DNA from: Dehalococcoidia bacterium
GTDB taxonomy: Bacteria > Chloroflexota > Dehalococcoidia > Lucifugimonadales > CAJWER01
Reading direction: 5' to 3'
DNA length: 64,000 nucleotides
Assembly (NCBI GenBank): GCA_965209165.1
Contig: CBDBQI010000004.1
Span: forward strand, 130,511-194,510
Positions 48,575 through 63,768 of the stretch are shown here, in pieces; positions within the stretch are counted from its first letter, which is position 1; every line of letters begins with the position of its first letter. Below the pieces are notes generated by a model. That model did not search any database, had not been told where the DNA came from, and was given only the letters and a program-made list of their open reading frames with translations. A program made the translations under genes and the position numbers.

Positions 48575-48835
48575 TTACAATCCTGTGCAGACGCCCACGA
48601 CCATCCCGAGGACGGTCAGCACAAGCGCCAGCTTCCACGAGTCGCTGAAGTTCCGCTGTGCCTGGGCGTTGCCACCGCGCGACACTAGGAACAGTATTGA
48701 CACTGCAATCCACGATCCGCCTAGCGTCACAAGGATGACCCACCACTGCGTACTAGTCGCGTCCAGCTCGGCCTGGTCGGCCGTCCAGCTCTTCTTTTTT
48801 GGTGGGGATAGGATGCTTCGTCGTTCGCTGCTCAT
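48575..48835 (-). CDS. Small two-TM hypothetical protein
   Basis: RBS GGAGG before ATG 48835; two hydrophobic segments. Confidence 0.55.
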   Translation of the reverse strand: MSSERRSILSPPKKKSWTADQAELDATSTQWWVILVTLGGSWIAVSILFLVSRGGNAQAQRNFSDSWKLALVLTVLGMVVGVCTGL

Positions 48836-49003
48836 AACAAGATGCCTCCGTAGGGCTGGGTTCCAACTTGCCACAGTGAGAACCGGATCGCGAGCCATAC
48901 GGAGGCACGAGGTCGGAACCCCGGCAACCCGGACTGACTCGCGAACGTAACTCGACTCTCACTGTGGCATCTCCACACTACACACTTACTCTCGCACGGT
49001 CAA

Positions 49004-49246
49004 CTACCAGGGCAAGTCCTGCAGGCCCGCATCACCCTCTTCGGGCGGACCCGCGTCCTCGACCTGCTGGACGAGACTGCGTATGTGCCGCAGCTCTTCC
49101 TTCGACGTCGGATCCCAATGGAAACTGCTGTAGAGACCAGTCATCGCATCGAACGTGTCGCGCGCCGTTTCGAGGGTCTCGTCCAACTTGCCCTCGATAT
49201 CGCGCAACCGCAACCGTAGATGCATCAACTCTTTCACGTCACACAT
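49004..49246 (-). CDS. Small helical hypothetical protein
   Basis: Strong RBS AAAGGAGGT upstream. Confidence 0.6.
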   Translation of the reverse strand: MCDVKELMHLRLRLRDIEGKLDETLETARDTFDAMTGLYSSFHWDPTSKEELRHIRSLVQQVEDAGPPEEGDAGLQDLPW

Positions 49247-49493
49247 TTAGCGCTACCTCCTTTCTCCCCTCGGTTTGCCCGTAAGGGGCTCGTCCCTTAC
49301 CATTGCCATTTCGGGAAGTCAAGCGCGGTGTATCCCTCTCGTCGATTCTCCCTATATCGGCTGAGAGCATTTGGGGGAATATTGGCCATTATTGGCAATT
49401 GTTGGACAGGCTCCTGCCGAGGCACACAACCATTGCCAATTCAGCACCCTTGTGCTATATTGGAGACGTATTCCACCACGGAGAGGTAGCAAC

Positions 49494-49661
49494 ATGACGA
49501 CATGCAAGCATCCCGAACTTAGACCCAACAGAAACCCCTCATGCGAAGACGCAGAGATAGAGGAGGGCGTTGCAGAAGCACAGGCCATCACCCGTGCATT
49601 CGAGAGCATCATGGACGACGAGGACGATGATGCCGAACAGGTTGCCTCTACTTCCGCGTAA
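49494..49661 (+). CDS. Small acidic hypothetical protein (55 aa)
   Basis: RBS GGAGAGGT; TGcTATATT -10-like element upstream; D/E-rich C-terminus. Confidence 0.5.
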   Translation: MTTCKHPELRPNRNPSCEDAEIEEGVAEAQAITRAFESIMDDEDDDAEQVASTSA

Positions 49662-49735
49662 CCCACAGTTGTTAGTGCTCCGCACCTCGCAGTTATTACC
49701 CATGATGTTCCGTTGTTAGTACCCTTGGAAGAGTT

Positions 49736-49764
49736 TTGACTCATTTGGAGTCGATTGGTATTCT
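49736..49764 (+). promoter_or_regulatory. Promoter TTGACT-N17-TATTCT for leaderless transposase mRNA, with inverted repeat GACTC-N5-GAGTC
   Basis: -10 ends 6 nt before ATG 49771. Confidence 0.55.
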
Positions 49765-49770
49765 ACCTGT

Positions 49771-50784
49771 ATGAATAGGCTGCCAACAGAAACACGGGTA
49801 CGGATACTCAACATGCTGTGCGAAGGGTCGTCAATGCGTGCGATAGCACGCGTTAACGATGTGCCGTTCGAGACAGTGAAGCGTCAGCTGGTAACTGCTG
49901 GGGAAACCGCCCTAGCGCTTCACAATAGACTCGTCAACAACCTCGACGTAGACCATGTGCAGTGCGATGAGATATGGGCCTTCTGCTACGCGAAGAACAA
50001 GACGGTCAAGCGACGCAAGGAGCAGGGTGAACCGATACAGGGCCACGATTGGACGGGCGATCTGTGGACATGGACTGCGGTAGATCGCGACACGAAGCTG
50101 CTCATATCGTGGGTCACGGGTACGCGGGAGGAGCACTATGCCCTCCGACTAGCGTACAACGTCAACAGTCGCATCAACGGCGAATTCAAACTCACGACCG
50201 ATGGGCACCGGCCATACGAAGAGGCGTTTGGGCGCACAACAGCTGACCCGGACGACCTCGATTATGTGCAGGTAGTGAAGATATACGATGACAATGGCCG
50301 CTACGTAGGATCTGAGAAGAAGCGTTTATTCGGGGACGGCGTAGACGATGAGCACAACACTTCGATAGCCGAGAGTTTCAATCAGTCAATCAGGACTGAC
50401 AACCGACGCATGGTACGCAAGACGGTCGCCCACTCGAAGAAGGCACTACACCACAACTATCAATTGGCCCTGTACTTCCTCTTCCGCAACTTCATACGGC
50501 CGCACGGCACACTGACACGACGTAACAAGAACCGGCCCACCACGCCAGCGATGGCCGCAGGACTCGCGGAGCAGCCCTTCACATGGGAGGCGTTCCTGCA
50601 GGCCTGCGACTCACGGAACGCCCCGGGGTCGCGCGGACCCTACAAGAAGCACTCTCGGCCAAACGCCAGGGCCAACAACGCGAGGAAGCGGATGGCGCGG
50701 GAACGGGCAGCACGGCCTACGAGGGTCTTCCGCAACGGCGTCCGGCCCACCGACAGCTCCGAGGTGACGAGGGTCATACGATGA
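49771..50784 (+). CDS. IS1-family (single-ORF, HTH+DDE) transposase; element ends not identified
   Basis: N-terminal HTH EGSSMRAIAR, VQCDEIW, WTWTAVDRDTKL, TTDG, TSIAESFN, TPAMAAGL. Confidence 0.85.
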   Translation: MNRLPTETRVRILNMLCEGSSMRAIARVNDVPFETVKRQLVTAGETALALHNRLVNNLDVDHVQCDEIWAFCYAKNKTVKRRKEQGEPIQGHDWTGDLWTWTAVDRDTKLLISWVTGTREEHYALRLAYNVNSRINGEFKLTTDGHRPYEEAFGRTTADPDDLDYVQVVKIYDDNGRYVGSEKKRLFGDGVDDEHNTSIAESFNQSIRTDNRRMVRKTVAHSKKALHHNYQLALYFLFRNFIRPHGTLTRRNKNRPTTPAMAAGLAEQPFTWEAFLQACDSRNAPGSRGPYKKHSRPNARANNARKRMARERAARPTRVFRNGVRPTDSSEVTRVIR

Positions 50785-51085
50785 GCGCCGAATACAGACC
50801 GGGACCGTAAGGCGGGGTTCGAGCCTCTGCTGGTGCGGACACACACCGTCATAGATGCCAGCGGCGGCGTGACATGCCACTTCCGCGTACGGATGCCGAG
50901 CATTGGCAAGGAGAGTGCGTTCGCGGTGGATGCCAACCTCCGAGGCACAGGCCCGCGATCTAGGGGTGGCCCGGGTAGGCGTAGTGGGCTGAGCGGCTGA
51001 TGCGCGAGGCATCGTAGCAGGCCTTGCCATTACGCGCGTTGTGGTACACTCCGCCTGTTCTCTCCGCAGGGGGGCGTTAGCGCGC

Positions 51086-51114
51086 TTGACTTGCCAGCAC
51101 GCCTGTGCTAAACT
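51086..51114 (+). promoter_or_regulatory. Promoter TTGACT-N17-TAAACT (extended -10) for the two-gene unit at 51150-52032
   Basis: ttgacttgccagcacgcctgtgctaaact; RBS AAGGAG follows. Confidence 0.55.
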
Positions 51115-51149
51115 TCCCCTAAACTTCAGGCAAGGAGAATTCTAAGGCA

Positions 51150-51473
51150 ATGGCTATCCAGGTCGGTAAGTTCGTATTCGCGGGCGAGTCAGATGCAAAG
51201 CCCTGCACCCTCGGCCTCGACACAGTGAAAGACCTTCCTCTTGGTGTGGAGTGCTACGTCGGCGCCAAGACTCATGGCAGGAAGCTCGAAGGTGTGATAC
51301 CATCGCATACTGTGATCAAAGAGCCTGGGTCAGGTCGCCAACTGGTACGGGGGATGGCCATACCAGCGGGAAGTGGGAAGATAGGCGTGCGCCTCCCTGC
51401 ATCCTCGATGGGCACCGACACGTGGTACTTGACAGCCGAAGAGGCGGAGGTGGTAATCTTCGCCATTCCTTGA
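51150..51473 (+). CDS. Hypothetical beta-rich protein (107 aa)
   Basis: Promoter and RBS upstream; 17 nt from the dcd-like gene. Confidence 0.65.
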   Translation: MAIQVGKFVFAGESDAKPCTLGLDTVKDLPLGVECYVGAKTHGRKLEGVIPSHTVIKEPGSGRQLVRGMAIPAGSGKIGVRLPASSMGTDTWYLTAEEAEVVIFAIP

Positions 51474-51490
51474 ATAGGGAAGGTGGAGCA

Positions 51491-52032
51491 ATGACAGTTC
51501 TCTCCGACAGGGATATACGCGATGCACTGACCCTTGGAACGCTGCGCATCGATGCCGGAGAGAACGAAATCCTCTTCAGCCGTCCTCTATCGACCTGCGG
51601 CTTAGCACCCCCATTCAGGTCTCAACTCAAGGCTCCACAGAGCCGGGGTCGATACTGGACCCAATGAACATGACAGACGTGATGTCTGCTGTAGAGCGAT
51701 TGTCCTCCACCTACGATATAAGCAGGGAGCATCCCTTTGTACTGGGGCCAGATGCACTCGTTATCGCCACAACGCTGGAGCGGATTTCGCTTTCGGACAG
51801 ACTGGCCGCACGCGTGGAAGGCAAGAGCTCTCTGGCTAGACTCGGGATTTCTGTCCACCTGACAGCTCCAAAGGTTGACCCCGGATTCTCGAACTACATC
51901 ACTTTGGAAATCAAGAACTCGGGACCGCACCGCGTTGCACTCTCCCCAATGATGACAATAGCAACCCTCATTCTCGAAGAGCTACGGTCTCCCGCCACAG
52001 TGTTATACACAGGACAGTTCAATGCACCTTAG
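51491..52032 (+). pseudogene. dcd: dCTP deaminase (trimeric dUTPase superfamily) with a frameshift at ~51570-51575
   Basis: MTVLSDRDI in one frame continues as QPSSIDLRL..VEGKSSLARLG..TAPKVDPGF..ITLEI in another. Confidence 0.82.
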
Positions 52033-52159
52033 TCATGCCCTGGACTGAGGAGCTGAGGCGGTCGGCGATCTAAGACATCCATCCTGTCCAGTTTCCTTTG
52101 ATACACGGGCTGCGGACAGCGGGCCTGCCCCGCAGGGAAGGCAGAGACGACACTCACTC

Positions 52160-52525
52160 TTGAGCAGCAGGCGGCCTACGACTATCTGGTAGATATCGCC
52201 CGCATGGGGCAGGTCACCATGTACGAGCCCGTACTAAAGAGGCTGGGCATCAGGGGATCCTTGCAATGGGCGAACACCAGGCGCCGATTGAGTCAGGGCT
52301 CCTTGCCCTGATGGAATACGACCTCGCTGCCGGGCGTCCGCCATTGGTCGCGGTCATAGTCAGCGCGAACAGAGGGCACCCCTCCGCCGGCTACTTCAAG
52401 ACCACGGAGGCCCTGGGCCTCTACGGACGGCATCAGTCAACCCGCAACTATGGCGTTCTGCTACAAAGGGACGTTGGATGGGCACACTGACCGAGGTTTC
52501 ATGCCTACTGGCACGGTCGTTGATT
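52160..52525 (+). pseudogene. Degraded gene remnant of a small helical domain family
   Basis: AYDYLVDIARMGQVTMYE and GRPPLVAVIVS..GHPSAGYF lie in different frames. Confidence 0.4.
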
Positions 52526-52589
52526 GGAGGGCATTGGTGGAGAGATGAGTGCGTGTATCCGGCAGGAGCTTGTTTGTTCTACTGAATTC

Positions 52590-52618
52590 TTGACAACATG
52601 ACGAAAATGTGATAAGGT
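52590..52618 (+). promoter_or_regulatory. Putative distal rpoBC promoter TTGACA-N17-TAAGGT
   Basis: Consensus -35, 17-nt spacer, TG extension. Confidence 0.5.
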
Positions 52619-52735
52619 TGACGTACCGGCGGCGAAATCCGCAACATCGCCGACAGCGGACAGGCTACACCACGCGGGCACTGCGACGCATCATACAAGT
52701 CTAAAATCGGGATGAAGAGAAGAGAGGCGCAGTGG

Positions 52736-52764
52736 TTGACAGGGTGCCTTTTGTGTGCTAAGTT
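52736..52764 (+). promoter_or_regulatory. Putative proximal rpoBC promoter TTGACA-N17-TAAGTT
   Basis: Consensus -35, 17-nt spacer, TG extension. Confidence 0.55.
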
Positions 52765-52923
52765 ATCGTGGTGAGGATGCGCCCTCTGCCACTCTCCGGT
52801 ACCTTCTGTTTCCCCCAGTCCTTGGTACACCTTTACCTTCTTTCCAGCCATCTCGTCCGGTAGCCCGCGCAGCGCGGGCACTAGCGCGTCCCTCTATTCT
52901 CTCCACAGGAGCGTCAAAAGCGT

Positions 52924-55900
52924 ATGGTGTTTCCTTCTTTGAAGTCAGCGAACGGCAGCGAGAACGGGCGGCGGGTCTACTCGAAGACGCCGACCGTGCT
53001 GGAGGTGCCGAACCTCATCCAGGCTCAGATAGACTCCTTCGAGTGGTTCAAGACCGACGGCCTGAGGGAGCTGTTCGAGGAGATCTCCCCGATGGAGGAC
53101 TACCCGGGAGGCCGCTTCGAGCTGAACTTCCTGACCCACACGTTCGACGAGCCCGCGGCCTCCGAGGAGGACTGCAGGGAGAACGAGACCACCTACTCGG
53201 CAGCCCTGAAGGTCAGGGTGGAGCTCGTCAACAGGGCGCCGGGCCCGGCCCAGGGCGAGCGCAAGTTCCAGGACCTGTTCATCGGCGACATACCGATCAT
53301 GACCCGCACCGGCACGTTCATCATCAACGGGGCCGAGAGGGTCGTTGTGAGCCAGCTCGTCAGGTCCCCGGGCGCCTACTTCACTACGACCACTGACGCC
53401 AACACAGGCAGGCAGCTCGCCTCGGCGAAGATGATCCCGAACAACGGGGCGTGGATGGAGTTCGAGACGAGCAACAAGGACGTCATCTCCGTCAAGGTCG
53501 ATCGCAAGCGAAAGAGCCCAGCCGCAATGCTCATCAGGGCACTGGGCTACGTGACCGACGACGAGGTCCTGGAGCTGTTCAGCGACGTGGACAACGATCC
53601 TGAGCACCAGTACATCCAGACCACCATAGACAAGGACGTTCGCGTCGATACGCACGAGGAGGCGATGCTGGAGTTCTACCGGAGACTCAGGCCGGGAGAG
53701 CCTCCGAGCATCGACAACGCGCGGAAGCTGCTGGACGACCTCTTCTTCAATCCGAGGCGGTACGACCTGGGGCGCGTGGGGCGCTACAAGGTCAACGCTC
53801 GCCTCGGCCTGGACACCAACCCGGACGACCGCATCCTGTCGAAGAACGACATCATCAGCCTTCTTCGCACCATGATCGAGATCAACAACGGGGTGCAGAA
53901 GGGGGACGACATCGACCACCTGGGCAACAGGCGCGTTCGATCGGTGGGAGAGCTGATACAGAAGCAGGTGCGCGTGGGACTGCTGCGCATGGAGCGTGTC
54001 ATCAAGGAGCGGATGACCACGCAGATGGACCCGTCCGAGACAACGCCGGCGGCGCTGATCAACGTCCGTCCGGTGGTCGCCGCGGTCAGGGAGTTCTTCG
54101 GCGGGTCCCAGCTCTCGCAGTTCATGCAGCAGACAAACCCCCTGGACGAGCTCACCCACAAGCGCAGGCTGTCGGCCCTGGGGCCGGGCGGCCTGTCGAG
54201 GGAGCGGGCGGGCTTCGACGTTCGCGACGTCCACCACTCTCACTATGGACGGATCTGCCCCATCGAAACGCCGGAAGGGCCGAACATCGGCCTGCTCGGC
54301 TCCATGGCCACCTATGCCAAGACAAACGAGTACGGCTTCCTCCAGACGCCCTACCGCCGCGTCAAGACCACCATCTCGAGCAAGGACCCCGGGCTGCTGG
54401 GCCACACCGTGACACAGGACGTGGTCGGCGGCACCCGGACGGTCCTCAAGGCGGGCCGGGTCGTCACCGAAGCCACCCTGCCGCGCATAACGAAGCTGCA
54501 GGAGCAGCAGATAAGTGTCGAGGCGCCCGACGGCGGGGAGGAGACCATCTCCAGCACGGACCCAGGGCTGCTGGGCCGTACCGTGACGCGGGACGTGACC
54601 GGCGGCACGCGGACGATAGTGAAGGCCGGCGGCACGGTGTCGAAGGGTCTGCGGACCCAGATCGTCGAGCTGGCGGAGCAGGAGATTTCCGTAAGGCCGT
54701 ACGTCACCGACAGGGCGGAGGACATCGAATACCTGACGGCGGCGGACGAGGAGAGCATTCACATAGCGCAGGCTACCGCGCCCATGGACGAAGCGGGGCA
54801 GTTCAAAGGCGAGAGGGTGGAGACGAGAATCGGCGACGGCGTGTCCTCCGAGCCCCCGGAGAACATCGGGTACATGGACGTATCGCCCATGCAGCTGGTC
54901 AGCGTGTCGACCGCGCTGATCCCGTTCCTGGAGCATGACGACGCGAACCGGGCCCTGATGGGCTCGAACATGCAGCGGCAGGCAGTCCCGCTGCTTCGCC
55001 CCGAGCCCCCCCTCGTCGGCACAGGGCTCGAGGGGCGTGTCGCGAGAGACAGCGGCCAGGTGGTGCTCTCCAGGACATCCGGGGTCGTTACAGAGGCCTC
55101 AGGGGACAGGATCGTCGTGACAGACAAGATGGGCGAAGCCCATGAGCACCGGCTCAGGAGATTCGTGCGCAGCAACCAGGGGACGTGCATAAACCAGCGC
55201 CCCATGGTTGACGTCGGCGACGTGGTCGAGGAGGGGCAGTTCCTGGCAGACAGCTCATCGACGGCGCAGGGCGAGCTGGCCCTCGGGCAGAACGTGCTGG
55301 TCGCCTTCATGAGCTGGGAGGGCTACAACTTCGAGGACGCGATCGTCATCAGCGAGCGGCTGGTCAAGGACGACCGATTCACGTCCATACACATCGAGAA
55401 GCACGAGGTCGAGGCGAGAGACACGAAGCTCGGGCCCGAAGAGGTCACCCGGGACATCCCCAACGTGGGCGAGGAGAGCCTCCGCAACCTGGACGAGGAG
55501 GGGATCATCCGCATCGGTGCGGAGATTGGCCCAGGCGACATCCTCGTGGGCAAGATCACGCCCAAGGGCGAGACGGAGCTGAGCGCCGAGGAGAAGCTGC
55601 TGAGGGCCATATTCGGCGAGAAGGCCAGGGACGTTCGTGACACGTCCCTGCGCGTGCCGCACGGCGAGCGCGGGAAGGTCATCGACGTCAAGGTGTTCAG
55701 CAAGGAGAACGGCGACGAGCTCTCCCCGGGCGTCAACACGATGGTGCGGCTGTGGGTCGCCCAGACGCGCAAGATAGCCGCAGGCGACAAGATGGCGGGG
55801 CGGCATGGCAACAAGGGCGTCATCTCGCAGATCCTGCCCGAAGAGGACCTGCCCTTCCTCCCCGACGGCACTCCCGTCGACATCATCCTCAACCCCATCG

Positions 55901-56919
55901 GCGTGCCGAACCGGATGAACCTCGGCCAGGTGCTGGAGACCCACCTGGGCCAGGCCGCCCACGCACTGGGGTTCCGCGCCGTGACGCCCGTGTTCGATGG
56001 AGCCCCCGACGAAGCCATCGAGGACGCCCTAGGCCAGGCTTGGATCATTCAGAAGTCGGGGGCGGTCAGCCCGCAGACGCTGGACGGCCGCGACACCTCC
56101 CAGATAGACCTGGGTGCCGTGAGGGAGTGGATCGAGGAGCGCGGATACAGCTTCGACAAGATCATCACAAACCCGCAGCCGGGCGAAGCCCGGACGGCGT
56201 GTCTCGAGATCTGGTTCCGGGAGGAGATGGGCCGCGACACCGCCGGTATGACCGTGGAGGAGATGAAGGAAGAGGCGCTGCGGCTGAACCGGGAAGAGTT
56301 CGTCGCCGCCCCGATCCTGGGCAAGTCCGTCCTGTACGACGGCCGCACGGGCGAGCCGTTCGACCAGCCCATCGCAGTCGGCTACATCTACATGATGAAG
56401 CTGATCCACCTCGTGGAGGACAAGATACACGCGCGCTCGACCGGACCCTACTCGCTGATCACGCAGCAGCCCCTCGGGGGTAAGGCGCAGTTCGGCGGCC
56501 AGCGTTTCGGAGAGATGGAGGTGTGGGCCCTGGAGGCCTACAGCGCGGCTTACAACCTGCAGGAGATGCTCACCGTCAAGTCTGACGACGTGCTGGGCCG
56601 CGTAAAGACCTACGAAGCCATAGTCAAGGGCGAGGACATAGTGCAGCCGGGCATCCCGGAGTCGTTCCACGTCCTGCTCAAGGAGCTGCAGAGCCTCGGG
56701 CTGTCCGTGGAGCTGATGGCCGACTACCAGGAGCAGGCTGCTCTCGAGGCAGGGGCCGAGATGCTTGCGGGCGAGCCGACGCTAGAGCTGGTGGACCCGA
56801 TAGACATGGAGGACGGCGCATCCGAGCCGATTCCGGTTGGCGCGGATCCGGCTACCTCGGACGAAGCCGAGACCGGGGAGGGAGACGACGGGGCGACAGG
56901 ACCCGTGGAGGCCGACTAG
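52924..56919 (+). CDS. rpoB: DNA-directed RNA polymerase subunit beta
   Basis: [62 protein letters not shown]. Confidence 0.99.
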   Translation: MVFPSLKSANGSENGRRVYSKTPTVLEVPNLIQAQIDSFEWFKTDGLRELFEEISPMEDYPGGRFELNFLTHTFDEPAASEEDCRENETTYSAALKVRVELVNRAPGPAQGERKFQDLFIGDIPIMTRTGTFIINGAERVVVSQLVRSPGAYFTTTTDANTGRQLASAKMIPNNGAWMEFETSNKDVISVKVDRKRKSPAAMLIRALGYVTDDEVLELFSDVDNDPEHQYIQTTIDKDVRVDTHEEAMLEFYRRLRPGEPPSIDNARKLLDDLFFNPRRYDLGRVGRYKVNARLGLDTNPDDRILSKNDIISLLRTMIEINNGVQKGDDIDHLGNRRVRSVGELIQKQVRVGLLRMERVIKERMTTQMDPSETTPAALINVRPVVAAVREFFGGSQLSQFMQQTNPLDELTHKRRLSALGPGGLSRERAGFDVRDVHHSHYGRICPIETPEGPNIGLLGSMATYAKTNEYGFLQTPYRRVKTTISSKDPGLLGHTVTQDVVGGTRTVLKAGRVVTEATLPRITKLQEQQISVEAPDGGEETISSTDPGLLGRTVTRDVTGGTRTIVKAGGTVSKGLRTQIVELAEQEISVRPYVTDRAEDIEYLTAADEESIHIAQATAPMDEAGQFKGERVETRIGDGVSSEPPENIGYMDVSPMQLVSVSTALIPFLEHDDANRALMGSNMQRQAVPLLRPEPPLVGTGLEGRVARDSGQVVLSRTSGVVTEASGDRIVVTDKMGEAHEHRLRRFVRSNQGTCINQRPMVDVGDVVEEGQFLADSSSTAQGELALGQNVLVAFMSWEGYNFEDAIVISERLVKDDRFTSIHIEKHEVEARDTKLGPEEVTRDIPNVGEESLRNLDEEGIIRIGAEIGPGDILVGKITPKGETELSAEEKLLRAIFGEKARDVRDTSLRVPHGERGKVIDVKVFSKENGDELSPGVNTMVRLWVAQTRKIAAGDKMAGRHGNKGVISQILPEEDLPFLPDGTPVDIILNPIGVPNRMNLGQVLETHLGQAAHALGFRAVTPVFDGAPDEAIEDALGQAWIIQKSGAVSPQTLDGRDTSQIDLGAVREWIEERGYSFDKIITNPQPGEARTACLEIWFREEMGRDTAGMTVEEMKEEALRLNREEFVAAPILGKSVLYDGRTGEPFDQPIAVGYIYMMKLIHLVEDKIHARSTGPYSLITQQPLGGKAQFGGQRFGEMEVWALEAYSAAYNLQEMLTVKSDDVLGRVKTYEAIVKGEDIVQPGIPESFHVLLKELQSLGLSVELMADYQEQAALEAGAEMLAGEPTLELVDPIDMEDGASEPIPVGADPATSDEAETGEGDDGATGPVEAD

Positions 56920-56984
56920 CCGATTCGAACTGTGGGGGCGGCCTAACGGCGCCTCCGGCGGGCAACAAGGGGGTTAATCAACAC

Positions 56985-61004
<4,020 letters not shown>

Positions 61005-61015
61005 CGAGGCCCCGG

Positions 61016-61705
61016 ATGAGCACCACAACACTGACACAGGAGCCGGCGCAGCGCCGGCGCAGCGTGCCGGACTGGGAGCGCATACGCTTCGCGGCCTGCA
61101 TGGCGGTCTACGGCGCGACCATAGGCGGGTGCGCAATCCTGGTGAACTTCCTGTCCAGGACCCAGTTCCCGGACATCCCGGAGCACATGAGCCTCAGCGC
61201 GTCCCTGTTCTTCGCCAGCGCGGGAGGGCTCGCCGGAGCGGTCATGACTGCGCCGTTGGCCTACTGGATGTATGGCGGCCTGCCCACGTTCGCGTTCACG
61301 CCCCATCCCAAGCGCGGGCCCAGGAGCGTGACGGCCTGGACGCTGCTGGGATTCGGGTACGGCCTGGCTCTTCCCCTGATACTCGGCATACTCCTGCCCG
61401 TGTGGCTCAGGTTCTTCGCCTTCTACGGCGGGGCTATCAGCATGGTGACCCTCGTGTCGAGCCTGATAGACCTGACGATCGGCTCCCTGTATCTTGCCCC
61501 ACTCTTCGGGTTCGAGTACTTCTTCACGAGCCTGGTCGCGGGCGTCCTCTTCGCGGTGGGCGCGCTGGTGATCGACGTATTCAATTCTTCGAAGGACCGT
61601 GCCACGGCGAAGTATGGCTCCCTGTCGATCGCGATAGGGCTGTCCGTGCTCGTCGTCGTGCTGCTGGTCGTGGTACCTGAAACCAGCCTGGCACGGCTCG
61701 GATAG
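61016..61705 (+). CDS. Hypothetical multi-pass membrane protein
   Basis: 5-6 hydrophobic segments; start set at ATG 61016. Confidence 0.75.
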   Translation: MSTTTLTQEPAQRRRSVPDWERIRFAACMAVYGATIGGCAILVNFLSRTQFPDIPEHMSLSASLFFASAGGLAGAVMTAPLAYWMYGGLPTFAFTPHPKRGPRSVTAWTLLGFGYGLALPLILGILLPVWLRFFAFYGGAISMVTLVSSLIDLTIGSLYLAPLFGFEYFFTSLVAGVLFAVGALVIDVFNSSKDRATAKYGSLSIAIGLSVLVVVLLVVVPETSLARLG

Positions 61706-61880
61706 GTGCGAACGGCAACCGAAAGGGGCTGGCTTACGTAGTACATAGCGTAGTGAATCGGGTCGGCGCACGCGGCGATAGCGCGGGCGAATTGCGCCGA
61801 GTCGTGTTATCATGGTCAGGTAGCCCCACTCCCTCCATCGACCTGCCGTTGGGGCACCAGTTGATTCGGAGGGCCCTCAG

Positions 61881-63758
61881 ATGAATACCAAATGGCTGCG
61901 CAACGGCTTCATCTACCTGCTGATAGTCGTTGCGGTTATCGCGATCTTCTACACCCTCTTCGGAAACGAGGGCGGGTCTTCCGAGCGGTCGATCAGCGAG
62001 GTCATAGCTATGGCCAAGCAGCGCCAGATCGACACCATCGAGATCCGCGGCGACAAGCTGACCGCCTACACTACCCGCGGCGAGACTCTCACGTCCCGCA
62101 AGGAGGGCGGCGCAAGCCTGCTGGAGCTGCTGACCGACGCGGGAGTCGACCCGTACGGATCGAACCCGACCGTAGTCGTGAAGGGGTCGAGCGGGCTCGG
62201 CAGTCTCTTCAGCATCCTGCTCAACTTCCTGCCACTCATATTCTTCGGGGCCGTGCTCCTATTCATAATGAGGCAGGCGCAGGGCAATACGAACCAGACA
62301 TTCAGCTTCGGACGGAGCCGCGCGCGCATGCTGGTGGGCCAGCAGCCGAGCGTGAGCTTTGCCGACGTGGCCGGGGCCGACGAAGCGAAGGAGGAGCTCG
62401 AGGAGGTCGTCGAGTTCCTCAAGTACCCGGAGCGCTTCCTCAGCCTCGGCGCCCGGATCCCCAAGGGCGTGCTCCTGGTGGGGCCTCCGGGGACGGGCAA
62501 GACCCTGCTGGCCCGCGCCGTCGCGGGTGAGGCGGGAGTGCCGTTCTTCTCGATCAGCGGCAGCGAGTTCGTCGAGATGTTCGTGGGCGTCGGCGCGTCC
62601 CGCGTCCGCGACCTGTTCGAGCAGGCCAGGCGCAACGCACCCTGCATCGTGTTCGTCGACGAGATCGACGCCGTTGGCCGCCACCGCGGCGCCGGCCTCG
62701 GCGGAGGCCATGACGAGCGGGAGCAGACCCTCAACCAGATACTCGTCGAGATGGACGGGTTCGACACGAGCACGAACGTCATCGTGCTCTCCTCCACCAA
62801 CCGGCCAGACATCCTCGATCCGGCCCTGCTGAGGCCCGGCCGGTTCGACAGGCGTGTGACCCTCGACAATCCCGACATCAAGGGAAGGCATGCCATTCTG
62901 GAGGTCCACAGCAAGGGCAAGCCGCTCGCGGAGGAGATAGACCTGGAGCGGATCGCCAAGCTGACGCCCGGCTTCAGCGGAGCGGACCTCAACAACCTCG
63001 TCAACGAGGCGGCTATCCTGGCGGCCCGCCAGCAGCAGACCGAGATCGACTTCGACGACTTCGTAGAGTCCATCGACAGGGTAATGCTCGGGCCCGCGCG
63101 GAAGTCGCGGGTCATTAGCGCAAGGGAAAGGGAGATCACCGCGTACCACGAGGCTGGACATGCACTCGTCGGTCACTTCCTGCCTCACGCCGACCCAATA
63201 GCGAAGGTCACGATCATCTCGAGGGGCGCTACCGGAGGCCATACCAGGTCGCTTCCGGAGGAGGACCGGCACATGTGGTCCCTCAACCAGTTCAAGGACA
63301 GGATGGCTGAGGCCCTGGGAGGCCGCGTCGCCGAGGAGACCACGTTCGGCGAGGACGAGATCACGACCGGCGCGGGCAACGACCTGGAGATGGCGACCAA
63401 TATCGCCCGGACGATGATCACCCGCTACGGCATGAGCGACAAGCTCGGCCCCCGCACCTTCGGCAAGCGCGAGGAGCTGGTGTTCCTGGGCAGGGAGATC
63501 TCGGAGCAGCGGGACTACAGCGACAAGGTGGCCGAGACGATCGACGACGAGGTCCACTCGCTAATCGACACGGCCTACGACAGGGCGAAGGCACTCCTGG
63601 TCGAGCACAACGACAAGCTGATCGCGCTGGCGAAGTACCTGATGGAGCACGAGACGGCCGACGCGCCGGACTTGGAGAAGATCCTCGGCAAGCCCCCCGG
63701 GGCGGAAAAGCAGCCCCCGCGGCCCTTCATAGGCAGTCCCGCCCCCGCGGCCGAGTAG
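61881..63758 (+). CDS. ftsH: ATP-dependent zinc metalloprotease FtsH
   Basis: Two TMs, [17 protein letters not shown] motif [24 protein letters not shown]. Confidence 0.98.
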   Translation: MNTKWLRNGFIYLLIVVAVIAIFYTLFGNEGGSSERSISEVIAMAKQRQIDTIEIRGDKLTAYTTRGETLTSRKEGGASLLELLTDAGVDPYGSNPTVVVKGSSGLGSLFSILLNFLPLIFFGAVLLFIMRQAQGNTNQTFSFGRSRARMLVGQQPSVSFADVAGADEAKEELEEVVEFLKYPERFLSLGARIPKGVLLVGPPGTGKTLLARAVAGEAGVPFFSISGSEFVEMFVGVGASRVRDLFEQARRNAPCIVFVDEIDAVGRHRGAGLGGGHDEREQTLNQILVEMDGFDTSTNVIVLSSTNRPDILDPALLRPGRFDRRVTLDNPDIKGRHAILEVHSKGKPLAEEIDLERIAKLTPGFSGADLNNLVNEAAILAARQQQTEIDFDDFVESIDRVMLGPARKSRVISAREREITAYHEAGHALVGHFLPHADPIAKVTIISRGATGGHTRSLPEEDRHMWSLNQFKDRMAEALGGRVAEETTFGEDEITTGAGNDLEMATNIARTMITRYGMSDKLGPRTFGKREELVFLGREISEQRDYSDKVAETIDDEVHSLIDTAYDRAKALLVEHNDKLIALAKYLMEHETADAPDLEKILGKPPGAEKQPPRPFIGSPAPAAE

Positions 63759-63768
63759 GCCGGTCCTG

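Noticed and set aside
51566-51579. Programmed ribosomal frameshift in dcd
   Set aside because: No X XXY YYZ slippery site or evident stimulatory structure; mutation or sequencing error is more parsimonious
47470-52560. Intact prophage
   Set aside because: No integrase, terminase, capsid or tail genes and no att repeats seen
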